Both the position numbers and the translations under genes were made by a program. Shown here in pieces: positions 23,301 to 36,157 of a stretch of DNA of 64,000 bases. Below the pieces are notes generated by a model. The model saw only the letters and a program-made list of their open reading frames with translations, did not search any database and was not told the origin of the DNA. The stretch is taken from positions 186,001 through 250,000 of the forward strand of contig NW_027361810.1 in NCBI RefSeq assembly GCF_039654945.1, given 5' to 3'. Each line of letters starts with the position of its first letter. The first letter of the stretch is position 1. Source of the DNA: Dendrobates tinctorius (lineage: Eukaryota).

Positions 23301-26300
23301 TTCATAACACCATGGTGCCCACCGGCTACCAAGCAGCCCATCATGCCAATGTATTGGATAACTACAAGAGCCTGATCCAGGACTCGGGTCTGCTGCAGTG
23401 TGTGGCCGCTCACTTAGCTCAGCTACAACAGAATGAAATCCACTTACAGAACCAGGCAGCAGCATATACAAGGGAGTCTGAATGTGAGAGAGGGGGACCC
23501 CCGACAGAGAGCGACGAGGATGATGCTACCGGTGCCGTGCCTGTGCGAGATATCAGCTGTCAAACAAGTTTTAGCAAACATAAGAAGACACCCGAGAAGA
23601 TGGAGAAGAAAATACAGACGGTGAAATATTTGCTAGGAAACATCAAGTCCTTGGTGTCAGATCGCGGTATGTGTGACTATTAGGGGGTGTTCCTCTTATT
23701 GTGACCCCTCTTAATAGCACAAAGTGGCAGGCAGGCTTCAGTGACGTGTGGGGGCTGCCAAATACAACCACCTAAACCATCCAGGTGAACCCAGACTCTG
23801 CCTGGTGCCAAGCCTGGAGTAGCAGTGGATGTGCTTTGCCAAGTGGGGTGCGCAGCCACAGAGACGAGACCGGTGCAGATAACCTTAATAAGTCAATGGG
23901 GTTGTCTAGATCTCCCAATAGGGCATCAATATCAGGACATGGCAGCGCCAGACCCTTTAACCCTTCATGACCATTCATGCTGTAAGTTCAGAGGGATCAG
24001 ACTTTTGTCTCCTCTCATCCCCATTTTCTGGTTGATCATTTACTGCAGATATTAGTCCTTTCCTGTAAAATTCTGTTGTAGATGTGTGAGATTTCCAGGT
24101 GACTGCTGCAGAGTCGTAATCTACATGTATTGGTAATTATCGATTGTTGTAAAGATTCACTTTGTGCTCTGCTCTCCGTTCCCTGCAGGTGATGAGGAGG
24201 CGAAGCGTCTGGTTACGGAGTTGGAGCACCGTGTTTCTCTGCTGCCCGCTGCTGTAAGCGACATAAGTGTTCATGCAGAGATCGCCCTGGCGCTGCAGCC
24301 TCTGCGGAGTGAGAATGCTCAGCTACGCAGGTAACATGTCGTCATCGTCCTCCAGGATCATATCCGCCCCTGTAGTTACCCGTCCAGGATGGCATCAGGA
24401 ACGGTACAGGTGTATAGTACAGAGGCAACTAACATGTGGAGGCTTCATGCTGTACAGCTCTGCGATTTGTAAATCTCGACTGCTCCTCTCGGACTGTAAG
24501 TCTCCCAATAATTGTGTGATCACACACGAGACGCAGATCTGGGGACAAGAGCTGCTCCTATAAGGTCGACATTTACTGCTCCGGCTGTAGAGCAGGAATG
24601 CAGAATAAGGCGACCTTCAGACTCCTGTTATCTGGTCACTGCTGTCCATGGCACCTGGGAAATCGTGCAGTCCATGGGGGTGCAGAAGAAAAAAATGCAG
24701 CTGGCACCCTGCAAATCATTATTGTGCGCAATATAAGGCTAGTCCTAATTGTCTGCAGATAAAGGCTCGCAGCTGCACCCCGACTCCCGCAGCTCCCGTC
24801 TGTGGATGTGATTGTCTCATCAACCACCACAGCCATCCTAATGGAGACAGATTCTTTCAGATCCATCTGGCTCAATGTTACGTTCAGAGGGATCTGTGAA
24901 TTCCTTTTTTTTCTCCCTCGTGTGGAGTGATGCAGCGGCCAGAATTAGCACATCGCTCCATACTGTCTGTACAGAGTGAGCAGGATTGCGGAGAAACGTC
25001 TAAAATGTCATTTACTGAATAATATAATGCTAGCTATCATTCAGACTAAACACTGTGGTCATAGAGATGTAATAGAGCTATTCCTGGTAATATACGGGTA
25101 GAATGATCTGATGTCAGCACTCCTTCCCTTTCCCCTTTTTCCTATAATATTTAGCTATGTTAAATTATTATTATATTTAGCCGATTAATGTTTTGAGGAA
25201 ATTTTTGTAACAATGTACAATGACTGGAGGCCAAATGATTGTTAAATATGACTATTTAAAATTAATAAAAAGTTTATGGTTAAAAAAAAAAATACTAGCT
25301 GCTCCTCTGCTGATATCCGAGCATCAAGAGTAATATCGCTGCTCTTCTCCTCCAGGGCAGAAATCATAAAGCTGCAGGTTTAGATGATCATGGTTTAACC
25401 CTTCTGTATCCAACTTCATTATTTTCAGGAGATTACGAATCCTCAACCAACAGCTCCGAGATCGGGAGCGAGGAACGAGGACTGAGGAGCAGAACTCTGA
25501 AGGTGAATCACTTAAAGGGGCTATATGGATAAAAGGGGTGTCTGGGGAGAAAAACTCTTACCAGATGTTTAGATTGGTTTAAAAGGGAACCTGTCACCTG
25601 ATTCATGCTGCCCGAATGGCATAAATCGGCGCCCTGCCCCATGATTGTCACCAGGCATGCTTTTCTCTAAAACGATGGATCTATGAATACAGGTGCACCC
25701 AGACCACAGTAATGGAGACGGGCTCTGACCCTGTCTGGGCAGCAGGTAAAATATATAAAGGACCCCCGTATTTCTTCCTGTTGCAGCAATGACGTCTGGT
25801 CGCAGGGACATGTGATAGCTGCAGCCGTGATCCACTACTGCCCGTGACTGCAGCGATCACATGTCCCTGTGATGAGATTGCATTATACAAGCAGGAAGTC
25901 TGGGCCTGCAAGGAACCAGGGGCCTCTGCCTCTTGCATCTGTCTCTAAGATGGGGTCCCACTACTGTCCCCCCTGAATGGCCTGGATTATACCACTCCGA
26001 GCTGCCAGTAATGAAAACTTTCTTTCCAGATTTTTTGTGATTGAGTAGCGGACATGATGAATCGTGTGTTTATTTGCTATGATGTCTGAGGATACGGCTC
26101 CCAGACCTGTTTATAGGTTCTTGCACATAGTTTTTGTGACCTCAACCATTTTTTCTATTGGGGAAGGGGGCAGACATGTTGCTGTTGATGGCGGCAACCT
26201 GAATCATCTGTGCTTGTTTACATACTTGAAGATATTTCACAATTTCCCGACATCTGCAGATGTCTACAGATCGCAGCTGGAGTAGACGAGATGATACGAA

Positions 26301-29300
26301 GTCCTCATAGACTTGTCCTGTCCTCTGCAGTGACCTCACTTCAGTCCATGAATGAGGCCCTACAGAAAGGGCTGGAGTCTGCGCAGAGCGAACATCGGGA
26401 TCTGCTGACAGCGATGGAGGCGCAGAGGGAAGAGAGCAGGCGGATGGCCCAGATCATCCAGGAGAAGGAACGGGAAATTGTTACTGTGAAGAAAGGCAAG
26501 TGACCACTTGTAAATGTTTTATACTCTCCCATGGTGGCGTCGCTGCACGCTCTGCACCCCTACATGGACAGAAGCGGGGACTCCTACACTGACATGGCAT
26601 GGTTGTGTTTAACTGTATGGAGGACCACAGGATAGGTGCTATCTTATTGCTGGGACCCCCATCAATCCTGATAACTGGGCTCTGATGGGCCTTGAAGCAA
26701 TGGCTGCTTCCTGGTCTTTGTCGCTCCTTTCAATGTCTATAGGACAGTCAGACTTGGCTCCACTGTCTTTGGCACTCCCATAGACAATGCATAGGCTGAT
26801 GGTCATCACATCAAAGCCTGTTCTAGTGATCAGCAAGAAATGCCCAAGGTACAATAGAAGAAGAAGTGATCCAACGATGTTGCTGCCGTGTCTCCCGGCC
26901 GCCACGTGACATTGGCTGCAGGAGTGGTGTGACCTTACAGTCTGCGGCCACTGATGGGTTGCTGTTGTGAATTCGCTTTCTGGCCTCCCTCTGGTTATTA
27001 CTGAAGGTAGTGGAGCTGGTCAGATCGACAGAGGGGTTGCGAGTTCTCTTTCTGGGCTCCCTCTGGTGGTTACTGGAGGTAATGGAGCTGATCTGATTGA
27101 CAGAGGCTTTCCACCTGGCAAGGATGATGACGATTGGAGATCTGGGGTTTCAAATTGGGATTTAAGACAGCCGACTCCCTCTATCCCTGCTGGTGATTTG
27201 CTTCCTGTTCCTCCTGAGGTCTGATGTCTCCATCTCTGTCCCTGCATGTTCAGCTAAGTTGTGTATTTGCTATTCTGTTTGCATTTGATCTGGTTTTGTC
27301 TATCTCTTCTTGGTGCGGGTAAGCTAGCTCCGGCTGGGGCTGTGCTGAATCACCGCCCATATGTTACTGCTTGTGCCATTTTGTTTTATCCCCTGTTAGA
27401 TTGGCCTCTTTTTGCTCTGCTTTCAGAATATAACAAAGTGCTGATATAGTGGGGGGCGAAGTCGTGTGACTTCAGTGTTTTTGTGCATCAGACGTGTTGG
27501 ACTTTTTGCAGGGTTTTTTGCGTGATTGCAGACAGTGTCTTTCCTTTCCTGTCGTGTCTAGTCAGTGTGGGCCCCATCATTTGCTCAGTCTATTTTCCTT
27601 CCTGTGTTTGTGTTTTCATCTTGTCTCACCGACAATATATGTTTGGGGGCTGTCTATTCCTTTGGGGTCTGCTCTGGAGCAGTTTAGATTTCCCCTTTCT
27701 TGCTTTAAGATTAGTTAGTTCTTCGGCTGTGCCGAGGCGTCTAGGATCATCGTAGGCACGCTCCACGGCTACTGCTAGTTGTGTGGATAGCATCAGGGGT
27801 CTGTAATCCGCTTAAGTACCAACCTCTCTGGTTTTCTGTGGCTTAGCCTGGACCTGCTCTCCTCCTCGGTGACCCATTCATAACAGGCTGCAGCTCTCAT
27901 AGTGCCGGAAGACACAGCGGCAACAATATGGTAATGGCGCCTGTCCAGGAGGGGATTGTGCAGGGCTGCGTAGTTGGTAAGCCAAACATCTGACTCCGAC
28001 TCCTCAGCATCAGTCACCACTGAACATGGACATAAAGTGCAGCACAGATTCATCTCCAGTAAAAGCCGAGATGATGAGATCAGGAACAGAACAACATTTA
28101 TAGGATACTTCAGAACTTTCCCAAATTCTTATGAAAACATTTACAGCACATGCTGCATTGTACTACTGCACCCAACGGATTATATATGATTGGAGTCGGA
28201 GTTGGTTCCTTTTATACCGACTTTGACTCCACAGCCCTGGGCGTGTGTACTTATGACTCATTACCTGGGGCACTTAGCATTAATAAAGGCTTGTGCAGCA
28301 GTGGACAACCCATCTAAGTTTAATATAAGAGCAAGAATGATAACGCAGCTCCTAAGTGTAACGATCCTGACACTGAGTATGCCATCGCTTTTCCAGAAGC
28401 CCTGAATATGTTTCTGTATTTTAGAAGTGGATGAGGCCACAGGGAAGATGAAGTCCGTCCAGTTTCAGTTGGAGGCTTCAGAGAAGGAGAAGCAGATTTT
28501 GGGGATTACCCTGCGACAGCGGGATGCAGAGGTCGCCCGTCTCCGAGAACTCACGCGGTAAGAAAGATGGCTTCCCCCTTCCCAGCGTCGTCCTGGTTTT
28601 TCATTTACTAGGTGTCAATGCTGTCAGCCTTGGGCCATTGTCTAGTGACCGTTGCAGCGCTCCAGGATCAATAAAGAGGTTACTCAATGTAAAGAGGTTG
28701 TCCACTACTAGGACCACCCCTTCTTGATAAAAATGTTTGGCCCTCATAAATAATAATAGTTAAACTGACCTCCCGTGCCGGCGCCCTTCCCGCTGTGTTG
28801 GCACTCGCTATTCCTGGGCCCAATCGTGACCAATCAGCGGCAGCGGCACTGTCCCCGTCTCCTGTCGAATTGAGCAGGAAGTCTGAGATCAACTGCTCCC
28901 GGACTTCCTCTTCCTGTTCAATTTGTCCAGAGGCGGAGACTGTGCCGGCAGCGCTGATTGGGTGCTGGTGTTACATGTCACAACAGCAGAATGGGAGAAC
29001 GAGTGCCAACACCGTGGGAACGGCATCGGGAGGGAGTAGAAGCTTTATTATTTTATGGGGGCCAAGCTAAGGGTATGACAAGAGGTTGTCCAAGTAGGAA
29101 GTAGGCTAGGCACACAGCCGGAAGTGGCTGAACTTACATTGTTTCCATAACCTCCATAGAAAACACTGTTTCCATAACTCCTATAGAAATAAACGGGTAA
29201 CAGAAACTGCGCAGTTCGTCTGTCTTATGGCTCTGCCTCCTGTGGTCGGTGTCTGGACAATTCGATTTCTTTGTCCGTGGTGCTGTGGCTTTTTTCCATT

Positions 29301-30420
29301 CCTGCAGCCAATCTCTGGCAGCAGCGGTGACCCGTTGCGCAAGGCACCGACCGGTGCTGGTAACGAATCAGCCGTGGTCATCTATTCAGTAGGACCTGTT
29401 GTCCCGTTACCCATGGGACCTGCATCTATTACAGAGCTGCATGGGAAGCCTGGGACTTATGGTACTCCTACACAGAGTTATTGTGCAGAATTTTGATTGG
29501 TCTCTCTAAAGTTTGTTTCTCCTTACAGGACTCTACAAGCCAGCATGGCCAAACTGCTCTGCGATCTCGGTAAAGACACACCGAAACACAAGCCTGGCAC
29601 CAGCCTGACACGGGCAGCACTGGGCAGCTATGACCAACAGCTCCAGAGTGAGGAGGGTCCTGCCAGCACCTCTATACTGAATTATCTGAAGAGGCTGGAG
29701 ACAGACCAGGTGTTCACAGGCACGGACCCCATATATTCTGATAGACCTCTGCTCCCACCCAGTGCCCAGGTAATCTGCGGGAAAGGGGCGAAAGCTGATG
29801 TTAGCGAGGATTATAGGATCAGTCAAGCACATGTCCCTAATGGTGGCCCCCAAAGCGCTCGTCCTGCGGCACCCCCTTACAGCCCCCCTAAGTCCAAACC
29901 ACAAGAACTGGGGCATGAATCGTTTTATCAAACCAGCACTGAGCCCCGGCCAGATGACACCTTGTATCTGCCTTTAGTGCGTAGCCCATGTAAGTACGAC
30001 GTGTCCCTGAGGCGGATGTGCACCCCACCCAAGGTTCACAGTGTGGACAGAGACCTGGACTCTGGCAATCAGGATGACAATAAGATCAGACTCTCGGAGA
30101 AGAATCCTGGCGTCCTCGAAGCTTCAAGCCATATGCCCCACACATCCGATCTGACCTCCAAGACCCTTCAACACGACCATAGGCTTGAAGCATCTGCACC
30201 TAGAATCCCACATCCGTCAAATCCACCCCCTGTCTTACTGCAGATCCGGGGCGATCCACCCAGCGAGCGCTCAGAGTATGAGGGAAAACCAGATTGGAGC
30301 ATATGCTCCTTTTCCACCTTCACCTCTCACGATGAGCAGGACTTCAGGAATGGCCTCGCTGCCCTGGACGCCAATATAGCTGACCTTCAGAGGACCTTAC
30401 AGAGCGGCGGCCGGAAGTAA
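14324..30420 (+). CDS. CCDC14: Coiled-coil domain-containing protein 14, complete spliced CDS (13 exons, 2499 nt, 832 aa)
   Basis: Exons 14324-14353, 20086-20135, 21027-21108, 21875-21947, 22454-22576, 22752-22925, 23000-23076, 23183-23666, 24189-24330, 25429-25502, 26331-26495, 28425-28557, 29529-30420. All phases match and the joined frame is open. Recalled CCDC14 blocks are present: [121 protein letters not shown]. Confidence 0.93.
14346..18054. repeat. 3.7-kb purine-rich minisatellite (27/33-bp units) filling the start of CCDC14 intron 1
   Basis: gggag(ggtgag)gaccggggagcggaggagagac. Confidence 0.97.
18055..19873 (+). mobile_element. L2-clade LINE: ORF2 N-terminus (2A-like peptide + APE endonuclease) joined to the 3' tail, RT deleted
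   Basis: [40 protein letters not shown]; frameshifted linker to about 19740, then directly the 3' UTR and (TAA)n tail. Confidence 0.9.
20086..20135 (+). CDS. CCDC14: CCDC14 exon 2 ([17 protein letters not shown])
   Basis: ttgtttcag acceptor, GG|GTGAGT donor; LSSGR motif. Confidence 0.85.
20160..20993. repeat. Minisatellite, 46-bp unit, CCDC14 intron 2
   Basis: gggcctcgttctgctgcacacgtctcttcttgtccggagggttct(c/t). Confidence 0.95.
21027..21108 (+). CDS. CCDC14: CCDC14 exon 3 ([27 protein letters not shown])
   Basis: tctctag acceptor, CAG|GTAGGG donor; DSGYS motif. Confidence 0.9.
21612..21768. mobile_element. Short palindromic insertion with 12-bp TSD (Penelope-like remnant)
   Basis: TGAATCCATATA at 21600-21611 and 21769-21780; inverted arms aactgagagtcctcagtggttggtaccttttaatggc / gccattaaaaggtatcaaccactgaggactctcagtt. 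Confidence 0.75.
21875..21947 (+). CDS. CCDC14: CCDC14 exon 4 ([24 protein letters not shown])
   Basis: gtttcag acceptor, AAG|GTACGA donor. Confidence 0.9.
21936..22382. repeat. Minisatellite, 39-bp unit, overlapping the CCDC14 exon 4 donor
   Basis: gtgaagtgaaagatacgagttctcccctggttctggggg. Confidence 0.95.
22454..22576 (+). CDS. CCDC14: CCDC14 exon 5
   Basis: cacgcag acceptor, G|GTGAGT donor; open frame [25 protein letters not shown]... Confidence 0.85.
22752..22925 (+). CDS. CCDC14: CCDC14 exon 6
   Basis: T-rich ttag acceptor; CAG|GTAGTT donor chosen because it gives the phase needed for exon 7. Confidence 0.75.
23000..23076 (+). CDS. CCDC14: CCDC14 exon 7 ([25 protein letters not shown])
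   Basis: tttcccag acceptor, TGG|GTAGGT donor; NCRLxTSTP motif. Confidence 0.8.
23183..23666 (+). CDS. CCDC14: CCDC14 exon 8
   Basis: cttatag acceptor, G|GTATGT donor; [11 protein letters not shown] and [17 protein letters not shown]. Confidence 0.9.
24189..24330 (+). CDS. CCDC14: CCDC14 exon 9
   Basis: ccctgcag acceptor, AG|GTAACA donor; [17 protein letters not shown]. Confidence 0.93.
25429..25502 (+). CDS. CCDC14: CCDC14 exon 10
   Basis: ttttcag acceptor, AAG|GTGAAT donor; [14 protein letters not shown]. Confidence 0.92.
25579..25900. mobile_element. T2/Kolobok-type MITE fragment
   Basis: TTAA-AAGGGAACCTGTCACC terminus; a similar terminus in the opposite orientation (tgacacattcccTTTAA) lies at about 20049-20065. 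Confidence 0.5.
26331..26495 (+). CDS. CCDC14: CCDC14 exon 11 (ends at GC donor)
   Basis: ctctgcag acceptor; coiled-coil [16 protein letters not shown]...; donor AAG|GCAAGT with an in-frame stop just after. Confidence 0.88.
26963..27885 (+). mobile_element. Solo LTR in CCDC14 intron 11
   Basis: Termini TGTTGTGAAT...ATTCATAACA (inverted, 1 mismatch); flanks ggttgc/ggctgc; internal duplicated block (ttctgg(g)ctccctctggt). Confidence 0.75.
28425..28557 (+). CDS. CCDC14: CCDC14 exon 12
   Basis: attttag acceptor, CG|GTAAGA donor; [22 protein letters not shown]. Confidence 0.93.
28690..29100. mobile_element. T2/Kolobok-type MITE remnant
   Basis: aaagaggttgtccactactaggaccacccc end; internal inverted halves (caatcagcggc/gcgctgattg; aataat/attatt). 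Confidence 0.55.
29529..30420 (+). CDS. CCDC14: CCDC14 terminal exon 13
   Basis: ccttacag acceptor; [10 protein letters not shown]...[29 protein letters not shown]; AATAAA at 30489. Confidence 0.93.
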
Positions 30421-30488
30421 AGGGGCCGAGCCCCACCCTAATTATGTCATAAATTATAATATAAATTGTGATTGCTAGAAATATTTGT

Positions 30489-30494
30489 AATAAA
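30489..30494 (+). terminator. Candidate poly(A) signal of CCDC14
   Basis: AATAAA about 70 nt after the stop codon. Confidence 0.6.
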
Positions 30495-32504
30495 ATCAAG
30501 AATTGCAATCGCCTTCGTAGTGCAGAGGGGATGGATGGTATAAATGCTGGACATCGGGGGTCTTACATGTTACTGTCATATCTGCAATGTAAAGGGAAAA
30601 GGAAGATTGCTGGGAAAAATAGGTTAATAATCAGAGTCTAGCAAAACAATTCACAGGCCCCTCAGGCAGCAGCCATGGTAGTGGTCTGTGGCTGCTGGAC
30701 CAGAGCCCTGTGGTCCTCTTACCAGCGCCATCCCTGGGCCTCTCCTGATGGCGGCCTGTCATGCACCACGCGTGCATCCCAACAATGACGCCCCACTGAG
30801 TTTAGCAATCAGAAGAGGCACAAGTCTGAGGGTCTGGGGACTCTGGTCCAGCAGCTGCAGACCACCACAATGGCTGCTGCACCCAGGGCCAGTGAATCAC
30901 AAAGAACTAGATGTAGTAGTGTGTGAACCTGGGACAAACATCTACAAGTGTCCACACTGGCGTCAAGGCTTAATAAAAAGGCAAGCAGAGTCCAAATGTA
31001 CATACACAGAAGTAAGCGCCCAGTGTCCTCCGCCACCGTCCTACATGTGTCCTACATCTCCCACCGGAGTAACCTTACATCAGCCTGCTGGGTCCCGGCC
31101 CGGAGTCTGCGCTTCCTGCCTGCAGATCCTGTGCGGTGCTTGGCGTGGCCTCCAGAGATTGTACTTGGGTTTACTGGACATCCCACAGATGACAGACAGC
31201 TGGAGAGAAGTCCTCAGCCCGATCCCTGGTCCCTTCCTGACCGCCCATTATCCGCTGCCATGACGAGTTACCCTATATAATAATCAGGGCAGAGGTGCAG
31301 CCAGGTGGCAGCAGGACGTTGCCTTCTTTCCATAACACATCCTGGTACCATCTCTTTCCCCGTATGAGGCGCACATGATGGAGGAGGTGGAGTGTGATCC
31401 ATCAGAACGAGCTGACACCTATCCATGGCTCCTTGGTCCAGATCCGATGATCACCTGCATACTGTAGGGGCTGCAGAAATGTAATTCATGCACAAGTACC
31501 GTGTTGCTCCAAAACTAGGACAGAGTCTTAGGTTTTTTGCTCCATAAGATGCGCTAGGGCTGATTTTCATGAGCTGTCTTATATTCCATGAACATTAATC
31601 ACCAAAAGAAAATGTAGTAACTAAATGTATATAATGTACAATTTATTGAAGAATGATAATTCTGATATAAAAATCCATTAGCCAGAGGACGGCACGACAT
31701 AACCAATAACTAGGGAAAGGTATGAACATACCAATTACCGTAGTGGCCCTGAGGGGAGTATTCGTCACACGATAAGACCTAGCGTGTATCTGACAAATCG
31801 ATGTGCTACCAATTCCTTCTGGAAACCAAGTCTCATCATTTGATGAATTAGTTGTGTGCCATTTATTGCCGCATTGATACATTTATATTTTCATTTTTCA
31901 CTAAATTGCGTTTTATCCACATTCTGTGTTACCCGATTATTGGCTCAGTTGCCCATTTTCTTACCTGATCTGCTGTATTCCTGGTGTGGAGCTGTATATA
32001 CCGTCCTATAGTGCTGGGTACGTACTGTATTAACGGTGGTTTAAATTACCTACTGACATTTACAATTATTATTCTCTATGTACTTGGACCGCTTGCTAAT
32101 ACTGGTTTACCCCTGAAATAATTGCACTCACCAGACCCCAAACAATTCCGGTAGAGTTGGTAAGTGGATGGGCTCCCACACACAAATCTGTGTCACTGTC
32201 AGGTCCCGTTGGCCGCAGTTGTCTCCCACTGGTGACCAGAAGCAGAAAGACTCTGAGGAGCGGAGCGATACCGGTACCCGATCTGTGTATGAGGGTTGCG
32301 GTGCTGCTGGATCCTCGAGGGTCCCCGACAGCTGCACATCTGCAATCGGCACTTCCCAACGCTAATTGCTTGGGGTCTGGTGAGTGCAACTCTTTGGGGG
32401 GGGGGGAACACTTTCTTATTGAATCACAACTAGGGTTTATTTTTTAAGCATATTCTAAAAAGTCTGAGAAATCATACTAGGGCTTATTTTTGTGAATACA
32501 CAGT

Positions 32505-34116
32505 AGTAATGCTCTGTGTCTCCTGCCACCTTTCTGTCACAGCTGCAATGCTCTGTGGGTCCTGACTCCTTTCTGTCATAGCTGCGATGCTCTGCGGACC
32601 CTGACACCTTTCTGTCATAGCTGCGATGCTCAACGTCTCCTGACACCTTTTCGTCATAGCTGCGATGCTCTGCGTCTCCTGACACCTTTTCATCATAGCT
32701 GCGATGCTCTGCGAGTCCTGACACCTTTCTGTCATAACTGCGATGCTCTGCGGACCCTGACACCTTTGTCATAGCTGCGAAGCTCTGCGTCTCCTGACAG
32801 CTTTTCGTCATAGCTGCGATGCTCTGCGTCTCCTGACACCTTTCTGTCATAGCTGCGATGCTCTGCGTCTCCTGACACCTTTCTGTCATAGCTGCGATGC
32901 TCTGCGTCTCCTGACACCTTTCTGTCATAGCTGCGATGTTCTGCGGACCCTGACACCTTTTCGTCATAGCTGCGATGCTCTGCGTCTCCTGCCACCTATC
33001 ATACCTGCGATGCACTGCGGACCCTGACACCTTTCTGTCATAGCTACGATGCTCTGCGGACCCTGACACCTTTCTGTCATAGCTGCGATGCTCAACGTCT
33101 CCTGACACCTTTTCGTCATAGCTGCGATGCTCTGCGTCTCCTGACACCTTTTCGTCATAGCTGCGATGCTCTGCGTCTCCTGACACCTTTTCATCATAGC
33201 TGCGATGCTCTGCGTCTCCTGACACCTTTTCGTCATAACTGCGATGCTCTGCGGACCCTGACACCTTTTCGTCATAGCTGCGATGCTCTGCGTCTCCTGA
33301 CAGCTTTTCGTCATAGCTGTGATGCTCTGCGTCTCCTGACACTTTTCTGTCATAGCTGCGATGCTCTGCGTCTCCTGACACCTTTGTCATAGCTGCGATG
33401 CTCTGCGTCTCCTGACACCTTTGTCATAGCTGCGATGCTCTGCGTTTCCTGACACCTTTTCGTCATAGCTGCGATGCTCTGGTCTCCTGACAACTTTCTG
33501 TCATAGCTGCGATGCTCTGCGTCTCCTGACACTTTTCGTCATAGCTGCGATGCTCTGCGTCTCCTGACACCTTTTCGTCATAGCTGCGATGCTCTGCGTC
33601 TCCTGACACTTTTGTCATAGCTGCGATGCTCTGCGTCTCCTGACACCTTTTCTGTCATAGCTGCGATGCTCTGCGTCTCCTGACACCTTTTCTGTCATAG
33701 CTGCGATGCTCTGCGTCTCCTGACACCTTTTCTGTCATAGCTGCGATGCTCTGCGTCTCCTGACACCTTTTCGTCATAGCTGCGATGCTCTGCGTCTCCT
33801 GACACCTTTTCGTCATAGCTGCGATGCTCTGCGTCTCCTGACACCTTTTCTGTCATAGCTGCGATGCTCTGCGTCTCCAGACACCTTTTCTGTCATAGCT
33901 GCGATGCTCTGCGTCTCCTGACACTTTTCTGTCATAGCTGCGATGCTTTGCTGGCCCTGACACCTTTTCATCATAGCTGCGATGCTCTGCGTCTCCTGAC
34001 ACCTTTTCTGTCATAGCTGCAATGCTCTGCGTCTCCTGACACCTTTCTGTCATAGCTGCGATGCTTTGCTGGCCCTGACACCTTTTCATCATAGCTGCGA
34101 TGCTCTGCGAGTCCTG
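32505..34116. repeat. Minisatellite, about 39-bp unit
   Basis: ctgtcatagctgcgatgctctgcgtctcctgacaccttt. Confidence 0.97.
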
Positions 34117-34879
34117 AGCGCTTTGCATCTACATTGATCAGTAATTTAGGAGCCTGATTCCCCCCTCAGGGTAGGTGACGTTCCCCATCAGTGCCCTTGC
34201 ACCCCTCTTCTCGGTGTTCGGCTCGGGCAGACATCACCGCTCCTTTTCGGCCACTGGTCTTTACAGTTACTATTTTTCCAGCTTTCTACACGTTTATGGG
34301 ATAAACCAAAAGAAATGACCTGGAGTAGAGGTTGTACGTGCCGCGGGTAGGAACCTGTTCACACTGCCACTGAATAGACAATGCTGAAGAATCTGCGCCC
34401 ATGCCGCGCAGCAAGTAACAAGCAGCAGTGCATGAGAATATCAGGGGTCTATTTCTTACAAGCCCCCTTATTCCCAGCACCGTTGTTGAAACCATTGTGA
34501 GGTCTTTGCTCTTCGCACATTTATCGAGTTTTTCAATTTTGCAGACAATTGTTTCCTTCTTAATTTCTTATTTGGAGCCAACAATAATAAAACACAAATT
34601 CTAAAATTAACACTTTTGTACAGAGGATCTCAGGAAAAGCCACAACTGGTTGGGGGGGGGGCCGCACAGGGGCCGAACGCCATGAAGCCCAAGTACATAA
34701 ACGCATTTAGACCTAAAAATGGTGTAAAAAGAAAACCCTATATGAAAGTTGTTCTAAAGGCCAACAACCCCTATAGGAGAGCGGACAGGTCAGTCACTGC
34801 TCTACATCCAACCCAGTGGGCACCACGGCCAGCACCGATAATGTTCTGGGTGATTGGGTCACAGGTCACTTTTTGAATG

Positions 34880-36157
34880 TTTAAAAAAAAAAAAATGAAT
34901 ATTTAACTTTTTCACAAAAAACTTCAGGTTTTTTTTTTTATTTTACCAAGGGTAACAGGAGAAGTTAGACTGCAAAAGTTATTGTGCAATTTGTCCTGAG
35001 TACGCTGATACCTGATATATGGGGGTAAACCACTGTTTGGGCGCATGGCAGAGCTCAGACGGGAAGGAGCGCCATTTGACTTTTATGGCTGGAATTGAGA
35101 TCAGACGCCATGTCACGTTTGGAGAGCCCCTGATGGGCCTAAACAGTAGAAACCCCCCACAAGTGACCCCATTTTGAAAACTAGACCCCCCAAGTAACTT
35201 ATCTAGATGTGTGGTGAGTTTTTGCATCACCACATATTGAGAGCTATAATTTTTCCATATTTTGACCCACCGAGTCATGTGAGGTCTTATTTTTTGCGGG
35301 ACGAGTTGACGTTTTTATTGTTACCATGTTCGGGCACGTGACATCTTTAATCACTTTTTATTCCGATTTTTAGGAGGCAAGATGAACAAAAACCAGCGAT
35401 TCATGAATTTCTTTTGGGGGAGGGGGTGCTACACCATTCCGCGTGCGGTAAAATTGATAAAGCGGTTTTATTCATCGGGTCAGTACGATTACAGTGATAC
35501 CTACTGTAACTTATATCTTTTTTGTGTTTTGGTGCTTTTACACAATTTTATATAAAAAATGATTGTTTTTGCATTGCTTTATTCTGCGAGCTATAACTTA
35601 TTTTTTTGCTGATGACGCTGTGTGGCGGCTCATTTTTTTGCATGACAAGATGACGTTTACAGCGGTACCATGGTTATTCATATCAGTCTTTTTGATCGCG
35701 TGCTATTGCACTGCTTTTTGCCTTTTTCTTTTAAGGGGTTAACTAGTGGGACGGCTTTATAGGGCGGGTTGCTACGGACATGGAGATATTAAATGTGTAC
35801 TTTTATTATTTACATAAAGAAATGAATTAGGGTTTTGTTTTTTGTTTTTTTTTACCCCCCGTGGCCATCTTGGATCCAGGGGCCTGCAGGGAGGAGGCCC
35901 TCGGAACAATGCGATCACATTGCGTTCTGAGGGTCTCAGGGAAGCACGCAGGGAGCTCCCCTCCCTGCGTGATGCTTCCCTATGCCCCCAAAGCACTGAG
36001 ATCATGTTTGATCTCAGTGTGCTGGGGGTTAATGTGCTAATTAGCTGATTCCCGGCCATGAGCGCAGCTGATCACTATGACGTACTATCCCGTCCATGGG
36101 CATTAAGGCCCAAGGCACATGGATGAGCTAGTACGTCAAATGTCGGGAAGGGGTTAA
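34880..36157. mobile_element. One end of a TTAA-specific (piggyBac-like) non-autonomous element
   Basis: Terminates in ...tcgggaagggg|TTAA; T-rich internal sequence of the kind common in frog genomes; other end absent. Confidence 0.6.
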
